NCBI GenBank assembly: GCA_013239625.1
Contig: MU056000.1
Span: 12,847,175 to 12,911,174 of the forward strand
Source: Lama guanicoe
Lineage: Eukaryota
Direction: 5' to 3'
DNA: 64,000 nucleotides
The notes under the pieces were generated by a model. The model ran no database searches and was not told the origin of the DNA. It was given only the letters and a program-made list of their open reading frames with translations. How positions within the stretch are numbered: position 1 is the stretch's first letter; each line of letters opens with the position of its first letter. Position numbers and translations under genes: made by a program. This document shows, piece by piece, positions 38,291 to 50,465 of the stretch.

Positions 38291-38984
38291 AGCTATTTTT
38301 TTCAGCTGATTACAGTCACTTTGGGGATTAGATACCCTACCTAAGAGAGTTTAGATGCCTATATTTCTCTTCAAATTTCTGTGTAAGTCTAATTAACCAT
38401 ATATCATAAAAAATAAAAAACCTAGAGTGATCATAGGATGTTAGCTAATATGGAAAAAATAAAATAAGTTGGGTTTCCTTAAAAAAAATCATGCTGTTCA
38501 ATGTATAATCCATGCCTTCATAATATCTCTACAGAATTTAGCACTTGGAAAAAATTATGTGAGTTCTTTTCTGTTCTTGTCAAATGTGAAGATTCTCTTC
38601 TATCATAGATCACTGGTTAAGTAGCTAGATTTCAAGAGGAAAAAAGGGGGAATCTGCTGTGAATTTATTTCAACACCTATTGTCCAAGTTTTGGAATGTA
38701 CAGATTTAACAAAATGTGAGCTCAGGTTTGAGGTGACAGTCATGGCCAATGTCAACAAGCTTCAAAGCATGGAAGTCTGAGTTATTCTTTGGTGAAGGGA
38801 GATTGACCAAAGCACCAGGCACCCGAGGATTTCACACTGGTGCCAACCCTCGTGCTCCTGAATTCTCCAAGCTGGTACTCTGACCTCAAATGGCGACAGC
38901 TTGCTTGTCAAAATTTTTACATTGATTCCACCCAGGAAGCTAATGTAGTAATCTAAATAGGTTGTATGCATTTTCTTCATAGTA

Positions 38985-40420
38985 ACCATTAAATGAATTG
39001 TAAATTGTCCATAGAAAAGTGCACAAATTATAAGTGTACACCATTCAATGAATTTTAGAGAGTGAAAAATCTGTGTAAGTAGTACTGTGGACAACACAAA
39101 CTATTACTCTTACTCCTGTAGACTCTCCTGGAGCCTTCATGCCACTGTCAACACCAAGGATAGCCAATGTATGATCTTCTAATAGCATAGATTAGGTTTG
39201 CCAAGTTTTGAACTTTATATAAATAGAGCCATATTTTTGTGTTTGGCTTCTTTCACTCGATGCTACATCTCTGAGATTCATCCATGTTTTTGTGACTAGT
39301 TGTAGCTGTTTCGTTTCTATCACTGCACGGTACGTTGTCATGTGAGTGTATCCCTATTCACTTAACCATTCTTCTGTAGATGTTTGTAGGTGGTGTTTCT
39401 AGTTTGGGACTGCTATAAACATTCCAGTACAAGGATCTGGTGAACGTATCTACTTATTTCTGTTGGGCATGTACGTTAAGTTCATTAAATTGGTATGTAG
39501 ATACTGCTGAATTGTTTTCCCAAGTGGCTGGACAATTGCTCCACAAGTCGTTAATATGCAGTTTTGACTGCACTTCAATTTTAGCTATCTGAGTGGGTGT
39601 ACATGTACTGTATTGCAAGTTTAATTTTCATTTTCCTGATCACTAATAAAATAATGTTTCATATGTGTGTTGGCCATTCATGTTTTTTTGAAGTGGCTGT
39701 TCAAACATTTGCAATTTTTCTATTAACTTGACTGCCTTTGCCTTATTGTTTTGTTGATATTGTTTTTATAGTCTCAGTTTGTTTATTTTTTTTCTAATAC
39801 ATGTTTTGTTTCTATTTCTTCCCACTCAAAAGCCTGCCTTTTTATTTTCATAATGTGATATTTTTTCTCATGGCTGGAACTTTTTTAACTTCTATTTAAG
39901 AAATCTTTAAGATTATTTAAGAAAACCACCCTGTTTTTTTCTAGAAGATTTCTTGTTTTAACGTTTCACACTTAGATCCACAATAAATCTCAACTGATTT
40001 ATTGGTAAGTGGTTTGGTCTTAAAAAATCTGCAGATGTTTTTCTATTGCATTACAGTGTCATCTTTGTTATAAATCGATTGATCATATATGTGTGGGTTT
40101 GCTTCTATACTGTCTGTTTGATTCTAATGGACTGTTTGTTTGTCATTTCTCCAATACCTTCCTGCCTTTATTGCTATGAATCTTTTCTGACTCTTTCTAT
40201 ATGATAGTGTCAGTTTTCAAACTTTGCTCTTCTTTTTTTTTTTTAAAGATTTTCTAGACTATTTTGACTCTTTGCTTTTCCATACAAATGTTAAGTTCAG
40301 AGTGTCAATTTCCACAAAACAACCTGCTAGAGTATTTATTCAGATTGCTCTCATCAATAAGATGAATTTTTGAGGAACTGCTATCTTTACAATCTGTGAG
40401 CATTTTACGTACTCCCTTTA
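38985..40420 (-). mobile_element. Old L1 (L1MD/L1ME-like) 3' portion
   Basis: aaaagtgcacaaattataagtgtacaccattcaatgaatttt...tgagattcatccatgtt...ttgcttttccatacaaatgttaag. Confidence 0.85.
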
Positions 40421-40424
40421 TTTA

Positions 40425-41670
40425 AATGGTGGTAACTTAAAGAATAATCCTTTAAATAAATTACTCTGTGTCAGTTGAATAACCATGTGGATAAAAACAA
40501 ACTTTGACTTCTACACATTAAAGCTTCACACTGTGCATCAAAGCCAATTCTAGATGCATTAGATTAGAATGTTATTAGAAGTGAATGCTCAAATTGAAAA
40601 ATTACATTTCTATAGAATAATACTTGTGACTACATTTATGACCCTGAGATGGGAAAAGCTGAGTACAAAACTGTTTCTTAAACAGGACACCAGAAACACT
40701 AAATAAAAGGAAAAGAATGAGTCAATGATCCTGACAAATTTAATTTAATTTTATCAAAATACAACATTAAGTACGTAGAAGTGAGGAGGAAATAGTTTGA
40801 ATATATATTACCAAAAAGGGCTCATGTCTGGAAAATATAAAACATTCATTCAAGTCAATTAGAAAAATATTACTCAATAGGGAATTGGAGGGAAACTTTA
40901 ATACATGTTTGCAAAAGAGAACAATCACGTGTCCAATAAAGATGTGAAAAAGTGCTCATCCGGGAAAAGCAAAATAAAACTTTTTTTTCATTGTCAATAA
41001 ATAGTGTTAATCATCTATCAGAATGATGAAAATAAAAAAGAATGTTAATATCAGGAGTCGGAAAAGATGTGGGGCTACAGGAGCTTCCTCATGCACAATT
41101 GTGGGAATTTCTTTTGATAAAGTCACATTGGAAAACTGATTTTACCTCTTTGAGTTGAACATACACAATCATTAAGGCCCAACAACCCCATTCACAAATA
41201 TTTACCCAGGACGCAGCCACACAGGTACACCACAAATCATGAATGAGGATTACAACATAAATTACTTTAACCAAAGAACAAGAACATCTCCAGTGTACTT
41301 CAATACTGGAAGAATTAAAACACATTCATACAACAGGATATCATATGAATAAGGAAAATGAATGAATGATTCTTACAAGTAACAACATAGATGAATATGG
41401 AAAATATAATTGTTGAGAGAAAGAAGCCCAATCCAAAAGATTAATACTGGTATGACTGGATGTATATTAAGCTCAAAAAACAGGCAAAGCTAGTCTATGA
41501 TTTTAGAAATCAGTATAGTCATAATATTTAAGAGAGGGGCAGGAAAGAAGTGTCTGCAATGCTGCTTTAATTTATTGATCTAGGTGGAGGTTACACAGGC
41601 TTGTTCACTCTGATAATACACTGAACTGTGTGTCTGTGATTGTTGCAATTTTTCTAAACATCATTAAAGA
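40425..41670 (+). mobile_element. Old L1 (L1ME-like) 3' portion
   Basis: ttcttaaacaggacaccagaaacac...caataaagatgtgaaaaagtgctc...aacaggcaaagctagtctatg...ttgatctaggtggaggttacacagg. Confidence 0.8.
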
Positions 41671-41813
41671 TATTAATGTATATTTACATGTTTATTAGAT
41701 AAAGCTATATATATATATATGTTTATGTATTTCTCCATTGTATGTGTTCAGATACAACATTGAACAAAACAAAATGAGTTTCTCTGCTCTTGGAATATAC
41801 TTTCTTACAATCA

Positions 41814-42084
41814 TTTTTCCCTCAGCTTTATCGAGATATAAGTGACATACAATCTTGTGTAAGGTTAAGATGTACACTGTGTTGATTTGATACACTTGTA
41901 TATTGCAAAATGATTACCACTACAGTGTTAGCTAACATTTTCATCATCTTATGAATTATCATTTCTTTTTGTGATGAAATCTACTCTCAGCATCTTCAAG
42001 TATATACTCTATTATTAACTATAATCACCATGTTGTACATTAGATGGTTAGAATTTATTCATTTTATAACTGGAAGTTTGTACC
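41814..42084 (-). mobile_element. L1 3' end (L1MA9-like)
   Basis: cagctttatcgagatataagtgacatac...actataatcaccatgttgtacattagat...aactggaagtttgtaccc. TSD cttacaatc / cttacagtc at 41804-41812 and 42085-42093. Confidence 0.9.
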
Positions 42085-42499
42085 CTTACAGTCTTATGTG
42101 GCTGCGTAAATATCTAGGAAAGTAAGTCTAGACTTCAGGATAGTGACTGAATCAGAGGGAAAGTTGAAGGCATTAGATTAGCTTAGAGAGAAAAATAAAA
42201 GAGAACCTGAATCATAGATCAAATGCCTCATATTGCAAAATGTTAATTCTGTTGATTCACAAACTTGTTAATTCATGCTGAAATTTTATCTGTAACTATG
42301 TTCTCCTAATTTCTCTACCAGGGTCAACAACTTATATGTAAAAAAATAAATTAAGATATTTTCTAAACACTGAGAGCACACAAACAAAACAAGATAAAAC
42401 ATACAACACACAGTGTCTTAAGGCTCTCACCATCTAGTTTCAGAGTCACAAATAGATGAACTGTGATAAAAGCTTTGATTTCACAGAGAGTCATAGGAG

Positions 42500-42870
42500 A
42501 GGTAAGCAGGAACCATGATTCTAAAATCTCTTGAGAGCAACATTGTGGAAAGGGAACATTGCCTAAGAGTAATTGAAGAAGTTCAAGCAGCATTGCCCTT
42601 CTGTCTAGAAATGCCTCAGCTGACTGTACAGCATGAGGGGAACCAGACAGGAAGAGCATAGGACCGATGGACATGAAAAGGAAAGCTCCAGCAGACATCA
42701 AAGAGATATGTGACAAATTTCAGAACTACAGTAGTGATGGTGGGAAGGTAAGGATTTGGAGTCTGATGAGAAAAAGGAAACACTGGACACTATATATGAT
42801 GATTGATTGAATGTGAGCATTTGAAGTAGATAATGCAGTCATGGAAGATGTCTAGACTTACGAAGTCAGC
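42500..42870 (-). mobile_element. L2 fragment
   Basis: Purine-rich L2-like sequence; gattgattgaatgtgagc...gtcatggaagatgtctagact. Confidence 0.4.
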
Positions 42871-44929
42871 CATCAGAGTACAGAAGGAATCCTGAAAAAA
42901 TTCAGTGGAAGGATTCTGCCTCAACTTTGCCTTCATTGTTGAGGTCCAAAGCTTAGAGAGAATAAGATATAATTCTTGACCAAAAAAGGTTTTCCATCCA
43001 ATGAGATTCAAGTTGTATTATTAACAATTGTTTTATTTCTAATTCACAAAACAATAGATGATTTAGAAGGACAAAAATTGTTCTATGAAACATTAATCTC
43101 TGTGGCCCTTGGTTTATGTTCTTGCAAAAGGGTGCTAATGTCTGAGGGATGTGGGAAAGAAGATTCCCTGGTCTCATTAAATAATTATATTTTTAGTCCC
43201 TTTTGAATATTAACCTGCCTGATCTACTTCATGAAATAAATTTTTCTAAGCCCTCAATTTTGATATTACTTTAAAACATTTAAAGGTTGTGTTGGTCCCA
43301 CCCACCTTAGCACACACAGCAGAAGAAAAACAAACCCTTCTTTGGGCAGTTTATTTTGATATTTTGTTGTACAATCTTAACAGTTCCAAGCACAGGACTC
43401 AAAGTTATTTAAAAGACTTTAGTTTTTTTGAGTTTTGTATTCTCTGACTGCTACAGTAACTACTTTATTCACACTTTTTGAAGAAACAGAAGACTTGTAC
43501 CACAATGCTCGCTACAACATGTGTGTTTCATTTGACCTCATACTAGACAAGGTAACTATTCAAATGAACTATATTTTTAAAGCAAACAATAATGTGCAAG
43601 AATGCATGTGTCTTATTAAATACAAAACTGTTTGTTTAATATAAAAATCATTTATCTACTAAATTAATATTCAGCTGAAACAATTTTGAGATAATTATGA
43701 TTTTTGGATCAATAATACACATGCATCAGTCTGTTCAATAATTTGCAACTTTTATTTTAAGAGTTTAAAGTATTAAACCCTTTAAACACAAAGTATTTCC
43801 TTCTCCAAACATTACTGGTTGTAATGCAGACATTTACCAGGCAACCTATCTTTGGGCGCTGAATAAAATGTGACCTATTCAAATAAGGTAGCACAAATGC
43901 TAAGCTCAATCATGAATGACATAATTCTAGAGAACCACTTAAAATATTATCTATTTATTTTACACTGAGTCCAAATGAGCAAGTACACAAATGAGGAGAT
44001 CATTTCAATAAGGAAGAAAGTTGAACATTTACAGAATAACCCTTATGGAAAATTATACAAAGTGATATGCCATGTGTTAACTGAACATTAGTTAAATATT
44101 TTAATTATATAAATATTTGGTTTTATTTTATGATATTTAAGGAATAAGCTTTAATATATTTACATACTTAGAAGCACATGATGGGAGATATTGCAGCTAG
44201 GGTTCCCCCATCCACGTATCTAGTTCTCAGCAATTCAAGATGGGTTCAAGCTGACAAGGCAATTCCATTATCCTTTGATGGATACATATTTTTCTAGATG
44301 ATTAAACTTTATGCAAGTAAGTAGAATTTAGGAGTACAAAATGGATGATTAAGAAGTTATTAATATCCATATCTTTTAGTTTTTTACTCATTTAAAAGTA
44401 ATAAATTCATTTCTTTTAAGTAACTGATTTTAATCTGTAATTCCACTTAGCAAAGTCAAACATACATATTGAAAGCCCTATTTACTTTCATTTTTTCAAA
44501 GACTTTATGTTCAGTTTTCTAAAATGATCAACTGAAGAATCCAGATGGATGATAGAAATTTGTTTCATTATTTTATGTGACTCTTGCTTAAAATTGCTCA
44601 TTATCATTTTGCCCTTTTCTAAAGAACCATAAGGACATATGAGTCCCATTTTGACCAAATAGTTGAGTGACTAACCCAGGATTCACTTGTCAGTTTTATC
44701 AAAAAATTTTTAAATAAACTATATATTCAGTGACTGCCTTAGACATTACTTAAAGCAGTAAATCAATCTCTCACTATAAAATAGTTTATCTTAGGAGGTG
44801 ATTACTTGTCACAGCCATTGTTGGTGAATTACCTAGCATACAATTCTTCCTACCTAACAGAAGTGTAATTTTGTTTGGGACTTACTCATACTCAGACAAC
44901 CTATAGACCTTATGGTAATAAAAAAACTT

Positions 44930-45112
44930 CATTGTAATAGCGATGCTATGGAGCTCTGATGTGTGCCAGGTCAGTTTCATGCACTATAAATGTAGTTAAA
45001 CCTCACAAACTCTATGAGATACTATGGTTCCCTCTAATCTACTGAGAGGTTGAAGTAATCTACCACGATTTCACAGGTAACAAGTAACAAAACTGCGGTT
45101 CTAACCCAAGGA
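44930..45112 (-). mobile_element. MIR
   Basis: tgtgtgccagg...aaacctcacaaactctatgagat...actgagaggttgaagtaat...ttctaacccaagg. Confidence 0.75.
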
Positions 45113-45129
45113 GAGCCAAGGTCAATGTA

Positions 45130-45630
45130 ACTGCTGCCCACTCCAGCTGCAAAGATGTGCTCTAATTTTCTAAAACCAGTTTTAGTAAGGACTTGCCAAA
45201 GATTGGAACACAAACCCAGTTTTCAACCATTAGGGATAAAACATTCCACTAGAGACTCTTAGCAGTACAGAGATTGGTTCTGACTTTGAATAGTCCAATC
45301 AGTTTCACTGGGAAGAAAAATCCTAAAGAGAAGATACTCCTTCTGGGCTTAAATTTCTCCCTCTCTCTCACTGGACATGGAAAGGAAGTATGTTGTCGAA
45401 GGACAGTCAAAACCAACATTCTTTACCCACGTGAAGGATGTCACACTTACTCTTGTGGGAGGTTCCTCTATGTTGGGAGCCCAACAATGAAACTGAACTC
45501 TTGGCTAAAAGTTGTCATGAGATTTCACAGACAACCTTGTAATATTGATATCTTGCTGACCTTTACAATGATCTGTAATTGGACTATGCCCATATTCTTT
45601 TCTGTATGATTTCTTAGTTTTGACAAATAT
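45130..45630 (+). mobile_element. Old MLT1 (I/J/K-like) LTR, degenerate
   Basis: Weak resemblance to late MLT1 LTRs. Confidence 0.35.
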
Positions 45631-45770
45631 ATAAAGATATGATAGACTCTTTTAAAGGTTATAGAGATTTTTAAGGGGAAGATAGTGAGCTAACATGAAC
45701 AAAGCATTTTACTAACACTAATGATCAATGTAGATTACTAAGAAATGATTTTATAATAAGAAGGGAAACA

Positions 45771-45925
45771 GTGGGGGAGGGTATAGCTCAAGTAGTAGAG
45801 TGCATGCTCAGTGGGCACAAGATCCTGGGTTCTATCCACAGTACCTTCTCTCAAAATAAAGAAATAAATACACCTAATTACCTCCCCACCCAAAAACAAA
45901 TAAGCCAACCAACCGAAAAAAGAGA
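45771..45925 (+). mobile_element. tRNA-Ala-derived SINE (vic-1-like)
   Basis: gggggagggtatagctcaagtagtagagtgcatgctc...cctgggttctatcc...acctaattacctcccc. 16-bp TSD aataagaa(g/a)ggaaaca at 45755-45770 and 45926-45941. Confidence 0.93.
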
Positions 45926-46573
45926 AATAAGAAAGGAAACAACTTAGTTCTGAGAACGTGTATGTTATTATAACAACTGACTAGAAATTCTTCATGTATA
46001 ATTATATATCTGGAATATTAGCATGTTAGACTTCTTGGAAAGAAAATATGAAAATAGTTATTGTGCATAGAGTAAATAACCTTGCTAGTTTTTAATGGGT
46101 ATATCATACAACTCTCTTTTTCTTCTTTGCAATGTGATCTGCAAATTAGAGCAGATATTTTTAACTGCTTCTGTTTTCTCATCATCTAAATTAGACCAGG
46201 GGTGGAGGTGTGTGTCCTACAGTACAGTTTCTCAAGTGCAGCCCCTTTAGATTGAAAGGCATAAGTGAAACAGATAAAGTATCTGCCTCCCCTTGTGTCA
46301 AAAACCCAACAGATAATGGTTGGATAAGAATAGGATCATGACTATGGATATTCTCATTCAAAAATGGGGAACACAAGAGGTACACAGGAGTGGCTATTCC
46401 ATGGTGCTTTTGAAAACTTGCTGGGCATTTCTTTGCACTTTCTTGATTAGAACTCAGTCCTTCTGGTCTCTAGTAATAATTCTCCATATCTCTTGTCTTC
46501 ACCCTCTAGGGTTACATCGTCTCAGCTCTTAAGTCATTCTTCTTTCCTAAATGATATTTTATAGATGAATAGG

Positions 46574-47029
46574 TATTATCAACAAAAAAATTAATAACCA
46601 ATCTAAGAGAGAAATAAAGAATTTTATTCTAGCCAACCTAAGGTTTATAACCCAGGAAATAGTTTTTCAGAAAGCTCTGAGGACTGTTCTGAAGAGATAA
46701 GAGGGGAAGCCAGTATATATGTGGTTTTTGGGAAAGGGAGACATGCAGTCAATAATTCATCTCAGTAGAAGGCCTCCTTTATTTGCAAAGAATGGATATC
46801 TTATTTAATGGTTTTCTAAGTATGGGATGATTCAAGAAACTGGGTTATAAAAGTTTGTCCTGAAAATATCTAACTATCTGAGAGCCAGTTCTGCCAGTTT
46901 TCTCATAGCACAAAGTGCCTCATTCTGATTTTCACCTTGAATTTCTTTCAGAGTGTATTCCAGGTCAATAATTTGGCCAATGACTTGATCCTTGTAAACC
47001 GGATGGCAGGCAACTTTCTTTATTTCACA
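46574..47029 (-). mobile_element. ERV1-class LTR, MER41-like (artiodactyl type); 3' LTR of a truncated provirus
   Basis: ttttcagaaagctctgaggactgttctgaagag...aatatctaactatctga...ctttcagagtgtatt, ending in CA. Adjacent gtctcatcccttt is the reverse complement of a polypurine tract. Confidence 0.8.
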
Positions 47030-47745
47030 GTCTCATCCCTTTAGGTCTTAATTTTGACCAAGATTTGGGAGGCATTTCATGATAAATTTGTGCTGTAGCC
47101 CTAGAAATGCTCATTCCTAGGTCAGGCGAAGATTTCATTGCCAGGTCACTCAACGTGCTCTTCCTGGATGAAGCCTTGTTAAGGGTAGCCAAAAGTCTCT
47201 GGACTGCCTGTCTTATCAGTCTGTTACAGCCCAGAAAATTGTTCCCTCTTGTTGCTTCTTCCCATATCTAGAGTTTCACTGTGACTCTCATTGATTTTAT
47301 TGAATTCTATATCTGGTTAATTATTTCAAGTTGCCTAGTTATCATTATTTTTATTAGAAGCTCAGTCACACATTTGTTAATATAAGAAACAATAATCTTA
47401 TAAAATAGACAGAGTACAAGTAATCTAGCCAGTAACATTAGTAATCTCATAAGTGAGTATTTAAACTAAGAACTTACATTAGGTGTAGCCCAGTATATCC
47501 TCAGGTCATCTGACCCAGTCTCTTCCATACCAATTGCCATGCTTAAGGGAAATGATATACTGGCTTTGTCCATAGTGTTCAACAAAGATGACTACACGTA
47601 CAAGGTGAATAGTGGGTTATCACGACCCCTTACAGGACTGAGAAACTAATGCTATCTTCTAAGGAGTTACCTTCCTAGCACCAGAAGAGGAAAATTTGCT
47701 CTTTATGATTGAGCAGGTTTGGGAGGGCCCAATTTAATTTTTTTT
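47030..47745 (-). mobile_element. ERV1 internal sequence (3' part) upstream of the LTR
   Basis: Contiguous with the PPT and LTR; no ORF; no 5' LTR seen. Confidence 0.6.
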
Positions 47746-47778
47746 TTGGCCTTAAAAATGGGAATTTTACTTCATCAG

Positions 47779-48140
47779 TATCTCAGTCCATTCAAACTCC
47801 TATAACAGAATGCTATAAACTGGATGGGTTGTCAACAACAGAGATTTATTTCTCACAGTCCTTGGGACTGGAAAGTCCAAGACGAAGGTCTAGGGAGCTT
47901 TCATGTCTGGTGAAGGCCTGCGTCCTGATTCATAGGTGACAATCTTCTTACTGTGTCCTCATGTAGTGGAAGTGGCAAGGGAAACTTCTAGGGTCTCTTT
48001 TATGAGGGCACTAATCCCATTCACGAGAGCTCTGCCTTCATGACCTAATCACCTCCCAAGGTCCCACCTCCAAATACCATCGTGTTGGGCATTAGGTTTA
48101 ACATATGCATTTGAGGGGTGCAGACGTTTAGTTTATGGCA
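47779..48140 (-). mobile_element. MLT1A-type MaLR solo LTR
   Basis: aacaacagagatttatttctcacagt...gagggcactaatcccattcacgag...atgacctaatcacctccc...aaataccatc...ttatggca. Confidence 0.92.
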
Positions 48141-48650
48141 GTAAGCTTCTTAGACGGCTTCCTGTCCATAGAAGTTTGGGGTTCTAAGAACTATTTTTGT
48201 TGGAGATCTTTCTACTTTTTTCAGACCAAGCCAACGCAATTGTCTTAGAAACTTTGTAGGACTCTTGACTTTACTCATTTGTCAAGACAACATTAACAAA
48301 TCCTTCAGGGAAAGCCCTTCTCTACCTTAGGTTTCTGCTGAGATTTCAGACAGACAACTCCCCCAGCGTTCTTAGCTGTGTGGTTTAAAAGAGAAGATCT
48401 AATTGGCATACATTTCAAATACTTTGAGGGCTGAGACACTCCCCGAATGACTTAAATATTTATCGAGGTTTACCCTCTCTTGAAACTCTAGTAAAATGTA
48501 TTTAAATAAAATGTTACCTAAGCAAGTTAATACCCCAGCACCTGTGCATAAATAGTATATTTATAAAGAAGGCTTACCTAAGGAAAGTATACATATGACT
48601 GGAAAATTTAAATTTTGAAAATGGAAAGGGAGTTTCTTGGTCCAAATAGC

Positions 48651-48676
48651 GTGTGTGTGTGTGTGTGTGTGTGTGT
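48651..48676. repeat. (GT)n microsatellite, ~13 units
   Basis: Read directly. Confidence 0.95.
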
Positions 48677-50299
48677 AAACGCATAAATGTGCATGCTTAT
48701 GTGTGTGTTGATGTGGAAAGATGCAATAGGAAAAAAAAGATGAAATAACCTTAGCATAATCAGAAACATTATTTACCAAGAGTACAAATTATTTATTTTT
48801 ATTTTCTCTATAAAGGTTATGGGAAATCTCAATTTATATAAATGAAAGGGCAATTATAATACAGAGATCTAGGTGCTATAATTTATGGCTAAACTGATAA
48901 AATGCCATAAGGTTAAGAAAATAAAGGACAAATTATTCTTCCTTTTTTTAAACCCAAACTTCTCTGAATTAGGTATTTGTGCTTTAAATGGCACTGATTA
49001 AAATTATTCATAGAGGTTTTATTTGTATGTCTGTATTTGAGGCAAATATGGAAAGCAGTAAGAAATTATTTTATCTAAGAGTATTTCAATATATTATAAA
49101 TAATTTTCCTCCTCTACAATTACTATGAAAACCTCAAAAATTACAAATGAATGAATGAACTAACAAGAGGAAATAAGCATGAAAACTAGTTTAATAACCT
49201 TAGCTATCAAACTAATTGTGAATAACTGGAAACACTTCATTCAGAACTGTTTTATAGAGCGATTAAGTGTTATTTGCATAATTTCCTCTTAGAATAAAAA
49301 TAGGTCTAAAATATTTTGTAAAATGGGAGCAGGAAAGCAAATCTGAACCAAATATTTCACAGAACAGTGTGGGAAAGCTAAATTTTCATTTTATACAATT
49401 TTATGGAAACTTTATCTGAAACAATTTATTCCATTTATTTTTTCATCCAGTCATTAAATCATTCATTCAACACATATTTAGAACTAGCTCTCTGCCAGGT
49501 TTTAAGGCTGCAAATTCTCACATAATTGCCAAAATTCAAATTGGTCTCACTGAAAGAAAATACACAATAAACATTCTGCATGTAACTGAAAATTTGAAAG
49601 CCAACATTGTATTGAAAGTCCACTTACAGGAAATGAATGATTTATTTTATAATTGGAACTTCAAAGCTTTTAATGGGCTAATGGACTTCTACAATATTAT
49701 GGGGTTTTTTTCATTATAAAATCACTGAAGAGAGAATAAATAATGCAACAGGATAGGAAATTCTTTTCTAAATTTTTTCAGATCTTTGACCCTGTCTCAG
49801 CCAGGGAAAACAAATAAGCAAATCTATTTCTGTATGCTAATTTTATTAATAAAAAACTTTTCTTCTAGACTCACTAATTAAAGTAAGACAAATAGCCTGA
49901 GACTATGTATGAGCTGGAATAGACATTTTTTACATATCCAAGGCAACACGGTTTATCCTTGGTCGGTGTTAGATGAGACTCTAAAGTCTTTCCTTGACAA
50001 AAGTGACGAAACTTTAGTGCATAGGAAAGTGGCTCTTTTCAAAGTCTTGAAGAAACCGTAGCATAGCAGAAGGAACTAATCAGCAGCCAGGAAGAAAGAC
50101 TGTAGCTGATGGATTTGACTAGTCTGTTAATATCTCCCTTTTCTCTTCCTTCCTAGTATGGACTTTTCAACTGTAAGTAGGATGTCCTGGTGAAAGAACG
50201 CGAGGTTAGGATCAGTCATCATATGTACTAGTGTTGTCTGTATTTGTTTAGCAATAGTTAAAATAACTTTAATTTTTTTGGTTGTTTAATATTGCTAGA

Positions 50300-50465
50300 C
50301 ATTGATCAAAGCATTAAAAGTCCTTAACCCACACAGTAATCCCACGTGGTAGTTAATTTGATCTTCATTTTGCAGATGAGAAAATTGAACCTTAGGTGGA
50401 CTGAGCATGCTGTCCAGGTTTATATGGGCAATATACTGCAAAATTGGATTTGGAATTAGGACCAA
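50300..50465 (-). mobile_element. MIR
   Basis: MIR core atcttcattttgcagatgagaaaattgaacctt. Confidence 0.75.

Larger units (their letters stand above)
46230..48470 (-). mobile_element. MaLR (MLT1) internal relic, interrupted by an ERV1 fragment and MLT1A
   Basis: Pieces at ~46230-46573 (aagtatctgcctcccc...ctcattcaaaaatgggg) and ~48145-48470 (cctgtccatagaagtttgggg...aaagcccttctctacctt). Confidence 0.55.
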
